From Nannocystis bainbridge (GTDB lineage: Bacteria; Myxococcota_A; Polyangia; Nannocystales; Nannocystaceae): DNA of 64,000 nt. A model generated the notes under the pieces. The model was not told where the DNA came from and did not search any database. It worked only from the letters and a program-made list of their open reading frames with translations. Location of the stretch: NCBI RefSeq assembly GCF_028368995.1, contig NZ_JAQNDL010000001.1:1472001-1536000 (forward strand). The letters run 5' to 3'. This document shows positions 50,762 through 60,630 of this stretch, in pieces; the first letter of the stretch is position 1; each line of letters begins with the position of its first letter. Both the position numbers and the translations under genes were made by a program.

Positions 50762-52390
50762 TCACGGAGTGGCCGCGGAGACCTGGACGCTGCGGATCTG
50801 CCCCTGCTCCATCGTGATGACCCGATCTGCGCAGGAGAAATAGCGGTCGTCGTGGCTGACCGCGAGCACGGTCTTTCCGCGGGCCCGGAGCGTGGGCAGC
50901 AGCTCGGTGTAGAAGTATTTGCGGAACTCGGGGTCCTGGTCGGCGGCCCACTCGTCGAAGACGTAGATCGGGCGGTCTTCGAGCAGCGCGACGATCATCG
51001 CCAGGCGCTTGCGCTGGCCGGTCGACAGCTCGCGCTTGGTGAAGCGCCCCTCGGCGAAGGAGGTCTGGCTGCGGAGGTGCATCTGCCCGAGCAGCCGGTG
51101 AACCTCGCCGGCGTCGACGTCGGCGAGGCCGTAGAGGCGCGAGAACAGGTGGAAGTCGGAGTAGATCGTCGTGAACAGCTCGCGGTAGGTGGCGGCGTTG
51201 CGCGGGTCGACAGTGACGCCGTCGACCGACAGTCGCCCGCCGCTCGGCGCGTACAGGCCCGTGAGCGTCTTGATCAGGGTCGTCTTGCCGCTGCCGTTGC
51301 CGCCGACGATGAACAGCACCTCGCCGGCCTTCACGGTGAGGTCGATCGGGCCGATGTGAAAGCCCTGCTCGCTGCCCCCGGCGTGGCCGTATTGCAGGCC
51401 GCGCAGCTCGATCGACGAGATGCGCCCGCCCCAGGGGTCCTCGCCGGGCTCGGAGCTCTCGAGGCCGGCCGCGTCGAGCTTGGCCTCGAGCGCCGCGATC
51501 TCGCCCAGCGCCTGGTTGGAGCGAGTGAACGCGGACACGCCGTTGATGATGCCGCTGAGCGGACCCCAGATGAACATCGTGCCGGCGACGAGCGTGCCGG
51601 TCATCGCCGTGTCCGTCTGCACGTACTGGGGCAGCACGAACACCACGGTGCCGAGCAGCGCGAACAGGCTGCAGTTGGCGAAGATCCAGTTGTCGTCGAA
51701 GATGCGGCCGGACTGGACCGTCGCGCGCCGCATCCGCTCGGAGTGCGCGACGATGCCGGCGCGCAGCTCGCTGCCGCGGCGACGGCTGTACTTCACCTCT
51801 TTGAAGCCGCGCAGCAGATCCGTCAGCGAGTCGAAGAAGCGCAGGCGCGTCTGGGCCTTCTCCTGGAAGTAGCCGTCGAGCTCGCGGATCCTGGCGCGGT
51901 AGATGCTCACGCTGATCGCGGTCAGCACCGCGAGCAAGATGAACGCGGTCGGCGACACGTACGCGAGGTAGAGGCAGGCGAACACGGAGATGCTGGCCGA
52001 CTGCAGCACGTGGGCCATGTTGCCTGCCCACCCGGAGATCACGGCCGCGTTCTCGGTGAGGCGGTCGAAGATCTCGGCGGAGCCGATGCGCTCGATGCTG
52101 GCCAGATCGGCGCGCTCGACCTTGTCGACGATCCGCGTCTTCATGCGGTGCAGCGCCGACTCGACGATGGCCACACAGCGGTGGTACGTGGCGCGCCCCG
52201 CCACGGCGTAGAGGATGACGCCCAGGGCGAACATCGCAAACACGCGAAACTCGGTCGGGTCGGACGAAGCGCTCGCTGTATTGACCAGCGCGAGCACCAG
52301 CACGTTGGCGACGCCGGCGAGGCTGGCCGCGGCCAGCACCGCGCGTCGCTCCCGCCCTGCCTCGTCGAGGAACAGTTCGACGATAGTCAT
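50762..52390 (-). CDS. Cyclic peptide export ABC transporter (PvdE/SyrD/YojI family)
   Basis: TM domain, GFKEVK, GGNGSGKTT, IYSDFHLF, LSTGQRKRLA, VFDEWAADQDPEFR, SHDDRYF. Confidence 0.93.
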   Translation of the reverse strand: MTIVELFLDEAGRERRAVLAAASLAGVANVLVLALVNTASASSDPTEFRVFAMFALGVILYAVAGRATYHRCVAIVESALHRMKTRIVDKVERADLASIERIGSAEIFDRLTENAAVISGWAGNMAHVLQSASISVFACLYLAYVSPTAFILLAVLTAISVSIYRARIRELDGYFQEKAQTRLRFFDSLTDLLRGFKEVKYSRRRGSELRAGIVAHSERMRRATVQSGRIFDDNWIFANCSLFALLGTVVFVLPQYVQTDTAMTGTLVAGTMFIWGPLSGIINGVSAFTRSNQALGEIAALEAKLDAAGLESSEPGEDPWGGRISSIELRGLQYGHAGGSEQGFHIGPIDLTVKAGEVLFIVGGNGSGKTTLIKTLTGLYAPSGGRLSVDGVTVDPRNAATYRELFTTIYSDFHLFSRLYGLADVDAGEVHRLLGQMHLRSQTSFAEGRFTKRELSTGQRKRLAMIVALLEDRPIYVFDEWAADQDPEFRKYFYTELLPTLRARGKTVLAVSHDDRYFSCADRVITMEQGQIRSVQVSAATP

Positions 52391-52426
52391 GGTTCGATGC
52401 CGTCGTACGCCGGTGGCCGGACGGGC

Positions 52427-52645
52427 TCAGCCCGCGGCCTTGGCCATGGCGATCCGCAGGGACAGCGGCCGCATGTCGGTCCACACTTCATCGATGTGGG
52501 CGAGGCACTCTCGCTTGGTGCCACGCTTGCCCGCCTTGCGCCATCCGGCCGGCAGCTCGCGGTCGGCGGCCCAGATCGAGTACTGCTCCTCGTGGTTGAG
52601 GACCACCTCGTAACGCAGGGTGTCATCCGTCTCGTCGTCGCGCAT
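52427..52645 (-). CDS. mbtH: MbtH-like NRPS accessory protein
   Basis: [12 protein letters not shown]....PAGW......[18 protein letters not shown]. Confidence 0.95.
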   Translation of the reverse strand: MRDDETDDTLRYEVVLNHEEQYSIWAADRELPAGWRKAGKRGTKRECLAHIDEVWTDMRPLSLRIAMAKAAG

Positions 52646-53215
52646 CGAAGTATTCCTGCTCAGTCGGCATCCAGCGGTGAAACGCGACAGCACGCTCGCA
52701 CGTCGGCCGGTCGCCGTCAACATTCATTACGCGTCGCGCGGCGCACGACAGTGAACTGGTCCGGTGAAACACGCGGCGTCACCGATCGCGAGACGCGGCG
52801 TCCGCTACTCACATCCCATCTCCAGGCATTGCCGGCGAGTCGGGCGAATCTGCGCGAACCGCCGAACTGGCTCGCGTACCCGCACCGCGGGCCGCTCCTG
52901 GCCACATGCTTGCACACGAACGTGAGCAGAACGAGGGGTCGGCAGGCGACGATCTGACTCTTGTCATAAGCGCCGAGCAAGCATACGAGCGTCGCATCCG
53001 GTGCTCCGGGAAAGCGCTGCCCGCGGGCGCGTCCCGGAGGCTTTGCAGCGCAATGATCGTCGCATGGTCGTATCCGACGACCGTGCCGGCGTGCGCGTTC
53101 ATGCGTGCCAGACGGGCCAGAGCGGGCTCTTGGCGACAGCCGCGCAGCGCACGCGGCCGAGAAATCGATGCAACGAACCTTGACATTCAAACCCAAATGC
53201 AGTGAGGTACTATCC

Positions 53216-53755
53216 ATGGTGAGCGAGACGACACAAACGAACGAAGTGACCCCTGACCCGGAGGCTCGGCTGATGAAGGCCGACGCGATCATCCATCGCA
53301 ACGTCCTGTGGGCGCTCGGCGCGGGGGTGGTACCGATCCCCATCGCCGACGTGCTCGCCGTCAGCGCGGTGCAGGTCAAGCAGCTCAAGGAGCTGTCCGA
53401 GCTCTACGGCATCACGTTCCGCGAGGACCTCGCCAAGAAGCTCGTCGGTTCGCTGCTCGTCGGCATGGGCGGCGTCGGGGTCGGCGCGGCGCTCGGCATG
53501 AGCTTCGCCAAGCTGATCCCGGTGGTCGGTCAGGCGCTGGGCATCGTCAGCGTGTCGGTCGCGTCCGGCGCCTTCACGCACGCCATCGGCCGCGTGTTCG
53601 TCATGCACTTCGAGTCCGGCGGCACCTTCCTCGACTTCGATCCGCACCGGATGCGCGAGCACTTCAGGCGCGAGTTCGAGGACGCGAAGGACAAGGTCGC
53701 CGAGCTGCGCAATCGGCCCGGCGCGTCGAGCGAGTCGCCCCAGAAGCCGGCGTAG
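53216..53755 (+). CDS. YcjF/DUF697 family protein
   Basis: GVVPIPIAD...VQ...L.ELYG..F, KLIPVVG, T.AIG.VF..HFESGG. Confidence 0.8.
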   Translation: MVSETTQTNEVTPDPEARLMKADAIIHRNVLWALGAGVVPIPIADVLAVSAVQVKQLKELSELYGITFREDLAKKLVGSLLVGMGGVGVGAALGMSFAKLIPVVGQALGIVSVSVASGAFTHAIGRVFVMHFESGGTFLDFDPHRMREHFRREFEDAKDKVAELRNRPGASSESPQKPA

Positions 53756-53771
53756 TCCGAAGGAGCCGGCG

Positions 53772-53960
53772 ATGGAATTGACCCTGCTCTTCGTCTACGC
53801 GCTGCCGATCGTGACCGTGCTGGCGCTCGGGCTGCTCGGCACGACGCGGCGCCTCGGCTTCTGGTGGACAGCGCTGCTGTCGATCGTGCTGACGCCGATC
53901 GGCGGATTCATCGCCGCGCAGCTCTCGGGCGCGCGCAAGGCCAAACGGCGAGCAGGCTGA
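53772..53960 (+). CDS. Small membrane protein
   Basis: AGGAG RBS; two hydrophobic helices, RRLGFW...SIVLTPIGG. Confidence 0.65.
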   Translation: MELTLLFVYALPIVTVLALGLLGTTRRLGFWWTALLSIVLTPIGGFIAAQLSGARKAKRRAG

Positions 53961-53966
53961 AATTCT

Positions 53967-55031
53967 ATGGCGAGCACCGAGGAGACGAAGGAGGTCGACG
54001 ACCGTTCGCCCTTCCGCGAATGGAGCGAGAGGACGCTCGGTCAGTTCGAATACCTCACTTACACCGCGCTGGTCGTGGTGCTGCTGATGCTCGGCTTCCT
54101 GTGGCCGCGGATGTTCATCACCATCCCGACCGGGAGCCAGGGGGTGATGTACCGCTATTTCGCCGGAGGCACCGTGACGGAGAGGGTGTGGGGCGAAGGG
54201 CTGCACGTCATCCCGCCGTGGGACCACCTGACGGTGTACGAGGTGCGCCTGCAGCAGAAGACGCTGAAGTTCGACGTCCTCAGCGACGAGGGGCTCAACC
54301 TGCAGGTCGCCATCTCGGTGAAGTTCCGGCCGGACAGCGACATGCTCGGGCATCTGCACCGCGACATCGGCCCCGATTACTTCGCGCGGATCATCGAGCC
54401 GGACATCCAGGCCCACGTCCGGCGGGCCTTCGGCGATCGGCCGGCGTACAAGATCTATTCGAGCGCCAATGACCTGATGGCTGAATTGCGGCGGATCTCC
54501 TCGCTCGCGCGCGACGAACTCGGCGACGGCGAAGAGGAGAAGCCGTACGTGCAGATCCAGGAGATCGAGCTGGTCGACCTCGATCTGCCGGAGGTCGTGC
54601 TCGCCGCGATCGCCGAGCGGTACCGCCAGGAGCAGCTCACGCTCGAGTATCGCCACAGGCTCGAGCGCGAGGAGGCGGAGGCCCAGCGCAAGCGGACCGA
54701 GGCGAGCGGCATCCGCGACTACAATACGATCATCGGCGAGCTCTCCCCCGATGTACTGCGCTGGCGCGACCTCGAAGCGACGTCGGAGCTGGCCAAGGCG
54801 AACAACTCCAAGGTGCTCGTGCTCGGCGGAGGGGCCGGCTCGGGCTCCTCGCTGCTTTTCAACGTCGGTGGTGACTCGTTGCCGGCCGCCGCGCCGGCGG
54901 CCGCCGAATCGGCGGCCTCCAAGTCGACGGCCGCCACTTCGACGGCCTCCAAGTCGACGGCCACCAACTCGACGGCTTCCAATTCGACGGCCGCCACTTC
55001 GGCGTCCACCACGTCGTCCGCGGCTCGCTGA
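53967..55031 (+). CDS. Prohibitin/SPFH (band 7) family protein with a Ser/Thr/Ala repeat tail
   Basis: TM anchor, G..GV.Y..F.G, EGLH..PW, SDEGL.L.V.ISV.FRP, coiled-coil EAEAQRKRTEASG. Confidence 0.85.
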   Translation: MASTEETKEVDDRSPFREWSERTLGQFEYLTYTALVVVLLMLGFLWPRMFITIPTGSQGVMYRYFAGGTVTERVWGEGLHVIPPWDHLTVYEVRLQQKTLKFDVLSDEGLNLQVAISVKFRPDSDMLGHLHRDIGPDYFARIIEPDIQAHVRRAFGDRPAYKIYSSANDLMAELRRISSLARDELGDGEEEKPYVQIQEIELVDLDLPEVVLAAIAERYRQEQLTLEYRHRLEREEAEAQRKRTEASGIRDYNTIIGELSPDVLRWRDLEATSELAKANNSKVLVLGGGAGSGSSLLFNVGGDSLPAAAPAAAESAASKSTAATSTASKSTATNSTASNSTAATSASTTSSAAR

Positions 55032-55166
55032 GCGCTCGGCGTGAATGCGGCCCCGGAGAATGATCGCCTGCTCGTTTGACGCTCTGGAGCCCGTGTACGA
55101 GGATGCCTTCGCAATGCCCATAGATGCCCCAGTACGCGCGGGTCGCCGCGATTCGGGATGTGCGTG

Positions 55167-56696
55167 ATGGAGACGGCGATTCGCATCGGCCTCGCCCTCG
55201 CGCTGTCTTTCCTCGTGGTCGCGCTGTTCAGGCTCGGCCGCCGCAAACCGGCCTCGCGCAAGGATCCGGTGCGCCGCCGGGGATGGAGCTCCATCCTCGG
55301 TAACGCGCTGTTCCTCGGCGCCTTGTGGGTCGTGGTCGGCGTCATCGCGGCGTTCATGGCGCTCGGCGGCAACCTGGTCGACGCCGTCCCGCCGGTCGCC
55401 GAGCTCGTCGAGGTCCGCGACGAGCTCGGCGAAGCACCGATCGAGTGCGGCCCGCCTGGCCCGCGTGGCCAGCCGACCCTCGTCGAGGTCATCCACAGCA
55501 TCGACCAGGGTCCCTGGCTCACGCAGGCCGCCAGCGCCTTCATGGAGGAGTGCCCGAACGTCCAGCTGCAACTGACCGCGCGCGACGATTTCGACGCTGC
55601 CAGCGCCATTCTCCGCGGTGAGCTGCGACCGACGTTGTGGGCGCCGGCCGAGGAGCTGTCGCTGCGCTACCTCGAGATCCGCTGGGGCGAGCAGTCGAGC
55701 GAATCGCTGTTCCGGATCGACGAGCGGCGCCCCCTCGTGCGCTCGCCGCTGGTCGCCCTGCTGCACGAGGAGCAGTTCCGGGCGCTGCAGGCGATCCGCG
55801 AGGCCGACCGCGACGGGGTGGGGTTCTGGGTCGACGCGCTCTGTCCGACGATCCCTCGCGCGCCCGCGCTCGAAGACGTGCTGCAGGAGGACATGCTCCC
55901 GGGCACCTGGATCGACTGGTACCTGCAGCGCAAGCCGGCGCAGCCCGCTCCGCCGGTCGTGACGAAGAAGGGGCGCGCCGCCGCTGCGGTCCCGTCGAAG
56001 CCCGCCGCTCCGACGATTCCGACGCCCGATGCGCTGCGCTCCTGGGGCCGCGTCAAGCTGGGGTTCCCCGCGCCGACGTCGTCCGCCGGCGGCATTGCGA
56101 CGCTCTCGCTGATGGCCCGGCAGCACCTCCTCGCCGGCGGCGCCGGGGACCTCGCGCCCGCGCTCGAGCGCGAGGGCGAGGTCTTGCAGCGGTGGCTGCG
56201 GCGCTGCAACGCCGGGCGCGACGATTGGTTCGCCTCCGCGATCCTGCTGACCGATCACGTCTTCGACCTCGGGCCGAAGAGCTACGACGGCGTCATCACC
56301 TACGAGAGCCTCGTCTTCCCGATCCTCGGGCGGCTCCAATCCGAACATCTCGGCGAGGTCCGGGTATACTACCCGCCGACGACCTACGTCGCCGAGCACC
56401 CCGCGGTGCTGATGTGGCCCGACGACGAAATGCGCGCCCGTGAACTCGAGGCCGCGCAGCACTGGTTGCAATACCTCGAGAGCGAAGCGGTGCAGCGCAG
56501 CGCGGTCTCGTATGGCCTGCGCCCGGGACGGCTCGACCGCCCGCTCAGCGCATTCGACCTCGAGAAGAACCCCTTCCTCGATCTGCGTCGCTTCGGCATC
56601 GAGCTCGACCCGGAGCTCTCGGAGCCGCCGCGGCCCGACGGGTCGGCGCTGCGCAAGCTGCTCGAGCTGTGGCGCGACGCGACCGGCCGGAGTTGA
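55167..56696 (+). CDS. Membrane-anchored extracellular solute-binding-domain protein
   Basis: Two N-terminal TMs; PTLWAPA, LVRSPLVA, P.SSAGG, YESLV, HPA, GLRP motifs typical of periplasmic-binding-fold proteins. Confidence 0.65.
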   Translation: METAIRIGLALALSFLVVALFRLGRRKPASRKDPVRRRGWSSILGNALFLGALWVVVGVIAAFMALGGNLVDAVPPVAELVEVRDELGEAPIECGPPGPRGQPTLVEVIHSIDQGPWLTQAASAFMEECPNVQLQLTARDDFDAASAILRGELRPTLWAPAEELSLRYLEIRWGEQSSESLFRIDERRPLVRSPLVALLHEEQFRALQAIREADRDGVGFWVDALCPTIPRAPALEDVLQEDMLPGTWIDWYLQRKPAQPAPPVVTKKGRAAAAVPSKPAAPTIPTPDALRSWGRVKLGFPAPTSSAGGIATLSLMARQHLLAGGAGDLAPALEREGEVLQRWLRRCNAGRDDWFASAILLTDHVFDLGPKSYDGVITYESLVFPILGRLQSEHLGEVRVYYPPTTYVAEHPAVLMWPDDEMRARELEAAQHWLQYLESEAVQRSAVSYGLRPGRLDRPLSAFDLEKNPFLDLRRFGIELDPELSEPPRPDGSALRKLLELWRDATGRS

Positions 56697-56740
56697 GCCC
56701 GGGGGCTCCACCGGGCAGCCAGGAATTTGGCACTGGCCAA

Positions 56741-58411
56741 TCACGTGAGCAGCTCGGCGAGGGGGAGCGTGCGGCAACCCCTCGTGCGCAGCCACGCCTC
56801 GACGTCCGCGCCTTCGGCGGTGTGAAAGCCGGCGGCGATCGAGGCGAGCCCTCGCGCGAGCCGCCAGGGCTCGGCGGACTGCTCGAGCATGTCGCAGACG
56901 CGGAAGGCCGCGCTGATGCCCGCCAGCGGCGGTTCGACCAGCGCGGCGCGCAGCGCCTGAATCAGCGGTGATTGAGCCGGCGCGAGCCAGAACAGCCGCG
57001 AAGCGAACGGCGAGCCGGCGGGCAGCTGCCCGGCGATCGCCGCCGGCAGCTCCGACGGCCGGCCGACGGCGATCCACTCGTCCGCCGGCGCGGTCGCCTG
57101 CGTGGCCGACCCGCCGCGCGCCGGCCCGAGTTCGAGCGCCGTGAGTTGCCCCGGGGCCAGGTCCGCGAGCGCGACTTCGAGGCAATGTTCGCCGGGCCCG
57201 GGGGCTTCGCTGCCGTACTTGAGGCCGTCCGGATGGTGGTAGAGCACGAATTGCTGCCACTCGTCGTCGCTGCGATCGACCACGAAGATCCCGCGCCCCA
57301 CGGCCGCCAGCGGGCGACGCAAACCGGAGTTGACCACGCGGCTCCGCATCTGGACCGTGTCGAGCGCCGCGCCGTCGGCCGCACGCACAGTGAAGAACGA
57401 CAGTTGCGCGAACCAGCGGTCGATCGGGAGCAACTGACACCCGCGCCGCCGCAACCACGCCTCGACCGCGTCGGCGCTGCCCGTGTGAAAGCCAGTCGTC
57501 ACCTGGATCGTGCGGCGACCGCCGATCGCCTGCTGCTCGGGCGCGATCAGGTCGGTGAGGCAAAAGGCGTGCCCGGCGATCCTGCCCATCTCCTCGGCGA
57601 TCCGGCGCCCGTCGTCGCTGGCGTCGCACACGGGCTCGGGGATGGCCGCGAACAGCTCGTCGGGGATCGAGGAGCTCGCGGCCACCAGGAAGAACAGCTT
57701 GTCCGCCAGCGGGCCAGCTGCGGGCACCGGCTCGGTGAACGCCGGCGGCAGGTCGCGGAGGCGATACACGAGCAGCCGTTCGCCCGCGAGCAGGCTGGTG
57801 ATGTCGACCGCGCGACACTTCGCGGCGTTGCCCACCCGGCGGACTTCGAAGCCCGGGAACAGCACCGGCAACACCGCCTGCATTCGCCCCTGCGAGTCCT
57901 CCACGCGGAGATGACGGCCGCGCGGCTGGTAGAGGAACATGTGCTGCCAATAGGCCCAGCCGCGCGCCTCGAGCAGCGCGTCGAGGTAGACGCTGAACGA
58001 ATTCGTCAGCGCTCGCGCCTCGCCGGAGTCCTCCTCGACCAGCGAGAAGCCGCCAGAGCGGCGCGCGAGCCCGAGGTAGCTGGTGTCGTACGGAAAATCG
58101 ATCGGGATCCAGCGACCGCCGCCGATGCGCTCGGCGACCCGCGCGAGCGCACCGACGGGGAGCATCCGGATCGCCCCGCGCGCGCCGAAATCACGCCACC
58201 GCTCCTGGCGATGCGACCAGCGAATCTCGACCCCGTCGAGCTCGGCGTAGAACGCCCGCAGCGCGGCAGGCAGGCGCCGGCCGAGCTCGGCCTCGGCCCC
58301 GTCGAGCTCGGCCCCCGACGTCGGTGCCCCCAGCGTCTGCTTGTCGGTCGTGATGTCGGGGTGCGCGGCGAGCTCGTCGATCAGCGCATGGAAGCGGGCC
58401 CGCAACGTCAT
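56741..58411 (-). CDS. SMI1/KNR4 (SUKH) domain protein with a duplicated C-terminal domain
   Basis: GAPTS.AEL..AEAELGRRLPAALRAFYAELDG; two copies of GFHT....VEAWLR.RGC..LP. Confidence 0.75.
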   Translation of the reverse strand: MTLRARFHALIDELAAHPDITTDKQTLGAPTSGAELDGAEAELGRRLPAALRAFYAELDGVEIRWSHRQERWRDFGARGAIRMLPVGALARVAERIGGGRWIPIDFPYDTSYLGLARRSGGFSLVEEDSGEARALTNSFSVYLDALLEARGWAYWQHMFLYQPRGRHLRVEDSQGRMQAVLPVLFPGFEVRRVGNAAKCRAVDITSLLAGERLLVYRLRDLPPAFTEPVPAAGPLADKLFFLVAASSSIPDELFAAIPEPVCDASDDGRRIAEEMGRIAGHAFCLTDLIAPEQQAIGGRRTIQVTTGFHTGSADAVEAWLRRRGCQLLPIDRWFAQLSFFTVRAADGAALDTVQMRSRVVNSGLRRPLAAVGRGIFVVDRSDDEWQQFVLYHHPDGLKYGSEAPGPGEHCLEVALADLAPGQLTALELGPARGGSATQATAPADEWIAVGRPSELPAAIAGQLPAGSPFASRLFWLAPAQSPLIQALRAALVEPPLAGISAAFRVCDMLEQSAEPWRLARGLASIAAGFHTAEGADVEAWLRTRGCRTLPLAELLT

Positions 58412-60186
58412 GCGGCGCCCTGCCCTGTCGCTTGCGAGAGCACGGCGGACCAGATCGACGGGAGCAGTTGCACGCCGGCCCCGGTCCCGTCGGGCGGACG
58501 GGCGAGCAACATCGAGTCGGCCTTGTCGCCGGCGAGCGCGTCCAGGGCCGCGAGCGCGCCGCCCGGATCGGCGGGGAGGAAGGCGGCGGCGACCTGCCGC
58601 GCGACGGTGTGGCGGTCCGCGGGGGTGACCTTCCTGGCGGCCTTGAGCGCGAGCTCCGGCTGCCCGTGGCGCATCGCGCGGTGCACCAGCGAGCTCGTGA
58701 CTGCGTTCTTGCCGTAGGTGTCCTTCGCGTAGGCCTGAATGCGCGGCAGATCGGCGAGGTCGGCCTCGAGCGCCGCCGCCACCGCGGACCGATCGCCCTG
58801 CGCGGCCACGATGCGGAGCCGCAGGTCCGCGAGCTGGCTGCGCATGCTCGCCTCGATCCCGACGTCGTATTGCGTCCGCTTCTTGGAAGCGAGAAGACCC
58901 TCGATGGCCGCCAGGATCGGGTCGAGCTCGGCGTGTTCTCCCCGCTCGAGTGCCAGCCCCGCGAGGTCGCTCAAGGCTCCCACCTGCGCCATCACGCTGC
59001 CACCGGTCCGCGGATTCAGCTGGCGCAGCCGCTCGCGCGCCTGAGCCACCGTCTCGACGCCCAGGCGGATCCTGTACAGGGTGAACTTGTCGGACTCGGG
59101 CCAGAGCTCCGGGTCGCGCGCGAGCCGCTTCGCCGCCTCGATCTCGCCGAGCAGGAGGTGGCGCTCGACGAGCTCCGAGGCCAGCGGCTCCTCTTCGGCG
59201 CGGGGCGCCAGCACGTGCCGCGCTTCGGCGTCGCGACCCGCCGCCAGGAGGTGCCTGCCCAGCGGGATGGCCGCGTCCGACTCGAGCGCGACGAGCGTGT
59301 CGAGGTGCTCGCGTGCCCAGGTCGCGCACGCCCGCACTCCGTCGCCTCGCTTCAGCGCGATGTGGCGGTAACCGGCTTCGATGGCGTTGATCAGCGCGAG
59401 CGTGGTCTTCGGATCGTCGACGGCGATCCACAGCAGCGAGTCTGCGTACTGCAGGACCTCGCCGAGCGACTCCGGGTCCTCGCGCAGCCAGCGATCGAGC
59501 GTGCGACGCACCGACTTCGCGGCGCCGTTCGCGACCTGCGCGCGCAACAGCGGCACGAGCGCGGTGAAGCGGTCGGACTCGCCCCACTCCGGCTCGCCCG
59601 CGAACGCCTCGTCGATCACCGCGTCGACGAGCTGCTCCAGCGCGGCCCCCCGCCCGCCGGCACCGACAAGAGCGAGCGCCTCGACGGCGTTGGCGGCCCA
59701 CAACGGGCGGCCCCTGGGGTCCTTGGCCGCGCTCTTCACGAACGCGTCGAGCGCCGCGTCCACGGAGCCGGCTCCGGCCGCCGCGGCGATAGCGAGGGTG
59801 GGTGCCCGCAGGTCGGCGCGGAGCCCCTGGGCGAGCGAGGCCGCCAGCTCGGGCCGTCCGGCGGCGACGCAGCGGCGCGCCGCCTCCTCGATCGCAGCCG
59901 ACTCGCGCAGACGTTCGACGCTGCCCGCGGCCTTGCGGCTCCGGTCCAGCAGCGCCTCGACCGTGAGCGTCTGAGCCGCGGCGGACGCTTTTCCCGGCCG
60001 CGCGGGCTTCGGCTTCGCGGGCGCGGCGGACTTTGCCTTCGCGGTCGCGGGGACCTTCTTCGCGGCAGACTTCGTGGACTTTACCTTCGCAGTCGCGGGG
60101 ACCTTCTTCGCGGACTTTGCCTTCGCAGTCGCGGGGACCTTCTTCGCGGCAGACTTCGCGGACTTCTTCTTCGGCGTGGCACTCAT
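58408..60186 (-). CDS. Hypothetical helical-repeat protein with a histone-H1-like Lys/Ala N-terminus
   Basis: KKVPATAKAKSA repeats at the N-terminus; Ala/Leu-rich helical body; stop overlaps the SMI1 gene start (ATGA). Confidence 0.65.
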   Translation of the reverse strand: MSATPKKKSAKSAAKKVPATAKAKSAKKVPATAKVKSTKSAAKKVPATAKAKSAAPAKPKPARPGKASAAAQTLTVEALLDRSRKAAGSVERLRESAAIEEAARRCVAAGRPELAASLAQGLRADLRAPTLAIAAAAGAGSVDAALDAFVKSAAKDPRGRPLWAANAVEALALVGAGGRGAALEQLVDAVIDEAFAGEPEWGESDRFTALVPLLRAQVANGAAKSVRRTLDRWLREDPESLGEVLQYADSLLWIAVDDPKTTLALINAIEAGYRHIALKRGDGVRACATWAREHLDTLVALESDAAIPLGRHLLAAGRDAEARHVLAPRAEEEPLASELVERHLLLGEIEAAKRLARDPELWPESDKFTLYRIRLGVETVAQARERLRQLNPRTGGSVMAQVGALSDLAGLALERGEHAELDPILAAIEGLLASKKRTQYDVGIEASMRSQLADLRLRIVAAQGDRSAVAAALEADLADLPRIQAYAKDTYGKNAVTSSLVHRAMRHGQPELALKAARKVTPADRHTVARQVAAAFLPADPGGALAALDALAGDKADSMLLARPPDGTGAGVQLLPSIWSAVLSQATGQGAA

Positions 60187-60630
60187 GGACGTGGACTCGG
60201 TTCGCTGGAGGTTGGTGACCGGGTGCGAGCAATGCGAGGTCTGGTCGTCTTCGCAGAGGATAACCTCGTAGAAGGTGCCGGTGAGGTTCTTCGCCGTTTC
60301 GCGGGTCGCGGGGAGAGACACGGCGCTCGACAGGCCCTCTCACGGCAGGACGCAGCGAGGAGCTCGACCGTCTCACGAAATTTGTCGAGCCCCGGACCTA
60401 CGGCCCCGCCTCATGCCCTGCCCTACCGAGAACACGGGCGACCGGGCACCTCACGTGTGTTCAGGGAGACGCATGACCAGCGGCGACTCGCCGCTCGTCA
60501 CGCTCTACTGGATGCCCTCGAATCCAGGTCGGCCGTCGCGGTCATCGACGCTGAGCGCGACCTCGAAGCGCTGCTCGTGGCGAGCTCCGACGCCATCACG
60601 CAGCCGAACATCCGGCATACTCTGCGCGGC

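Noticed and set aside
32698-52390. Assignment as a pyoverdine-like siderophore cluster
   Set aside because: The PvdE-type exporter and Ser-X-Ser-X pattern are suggestive, but no ornithine hydroxylase, acyltransferase, TonB receptor or clear Fur box is seen.
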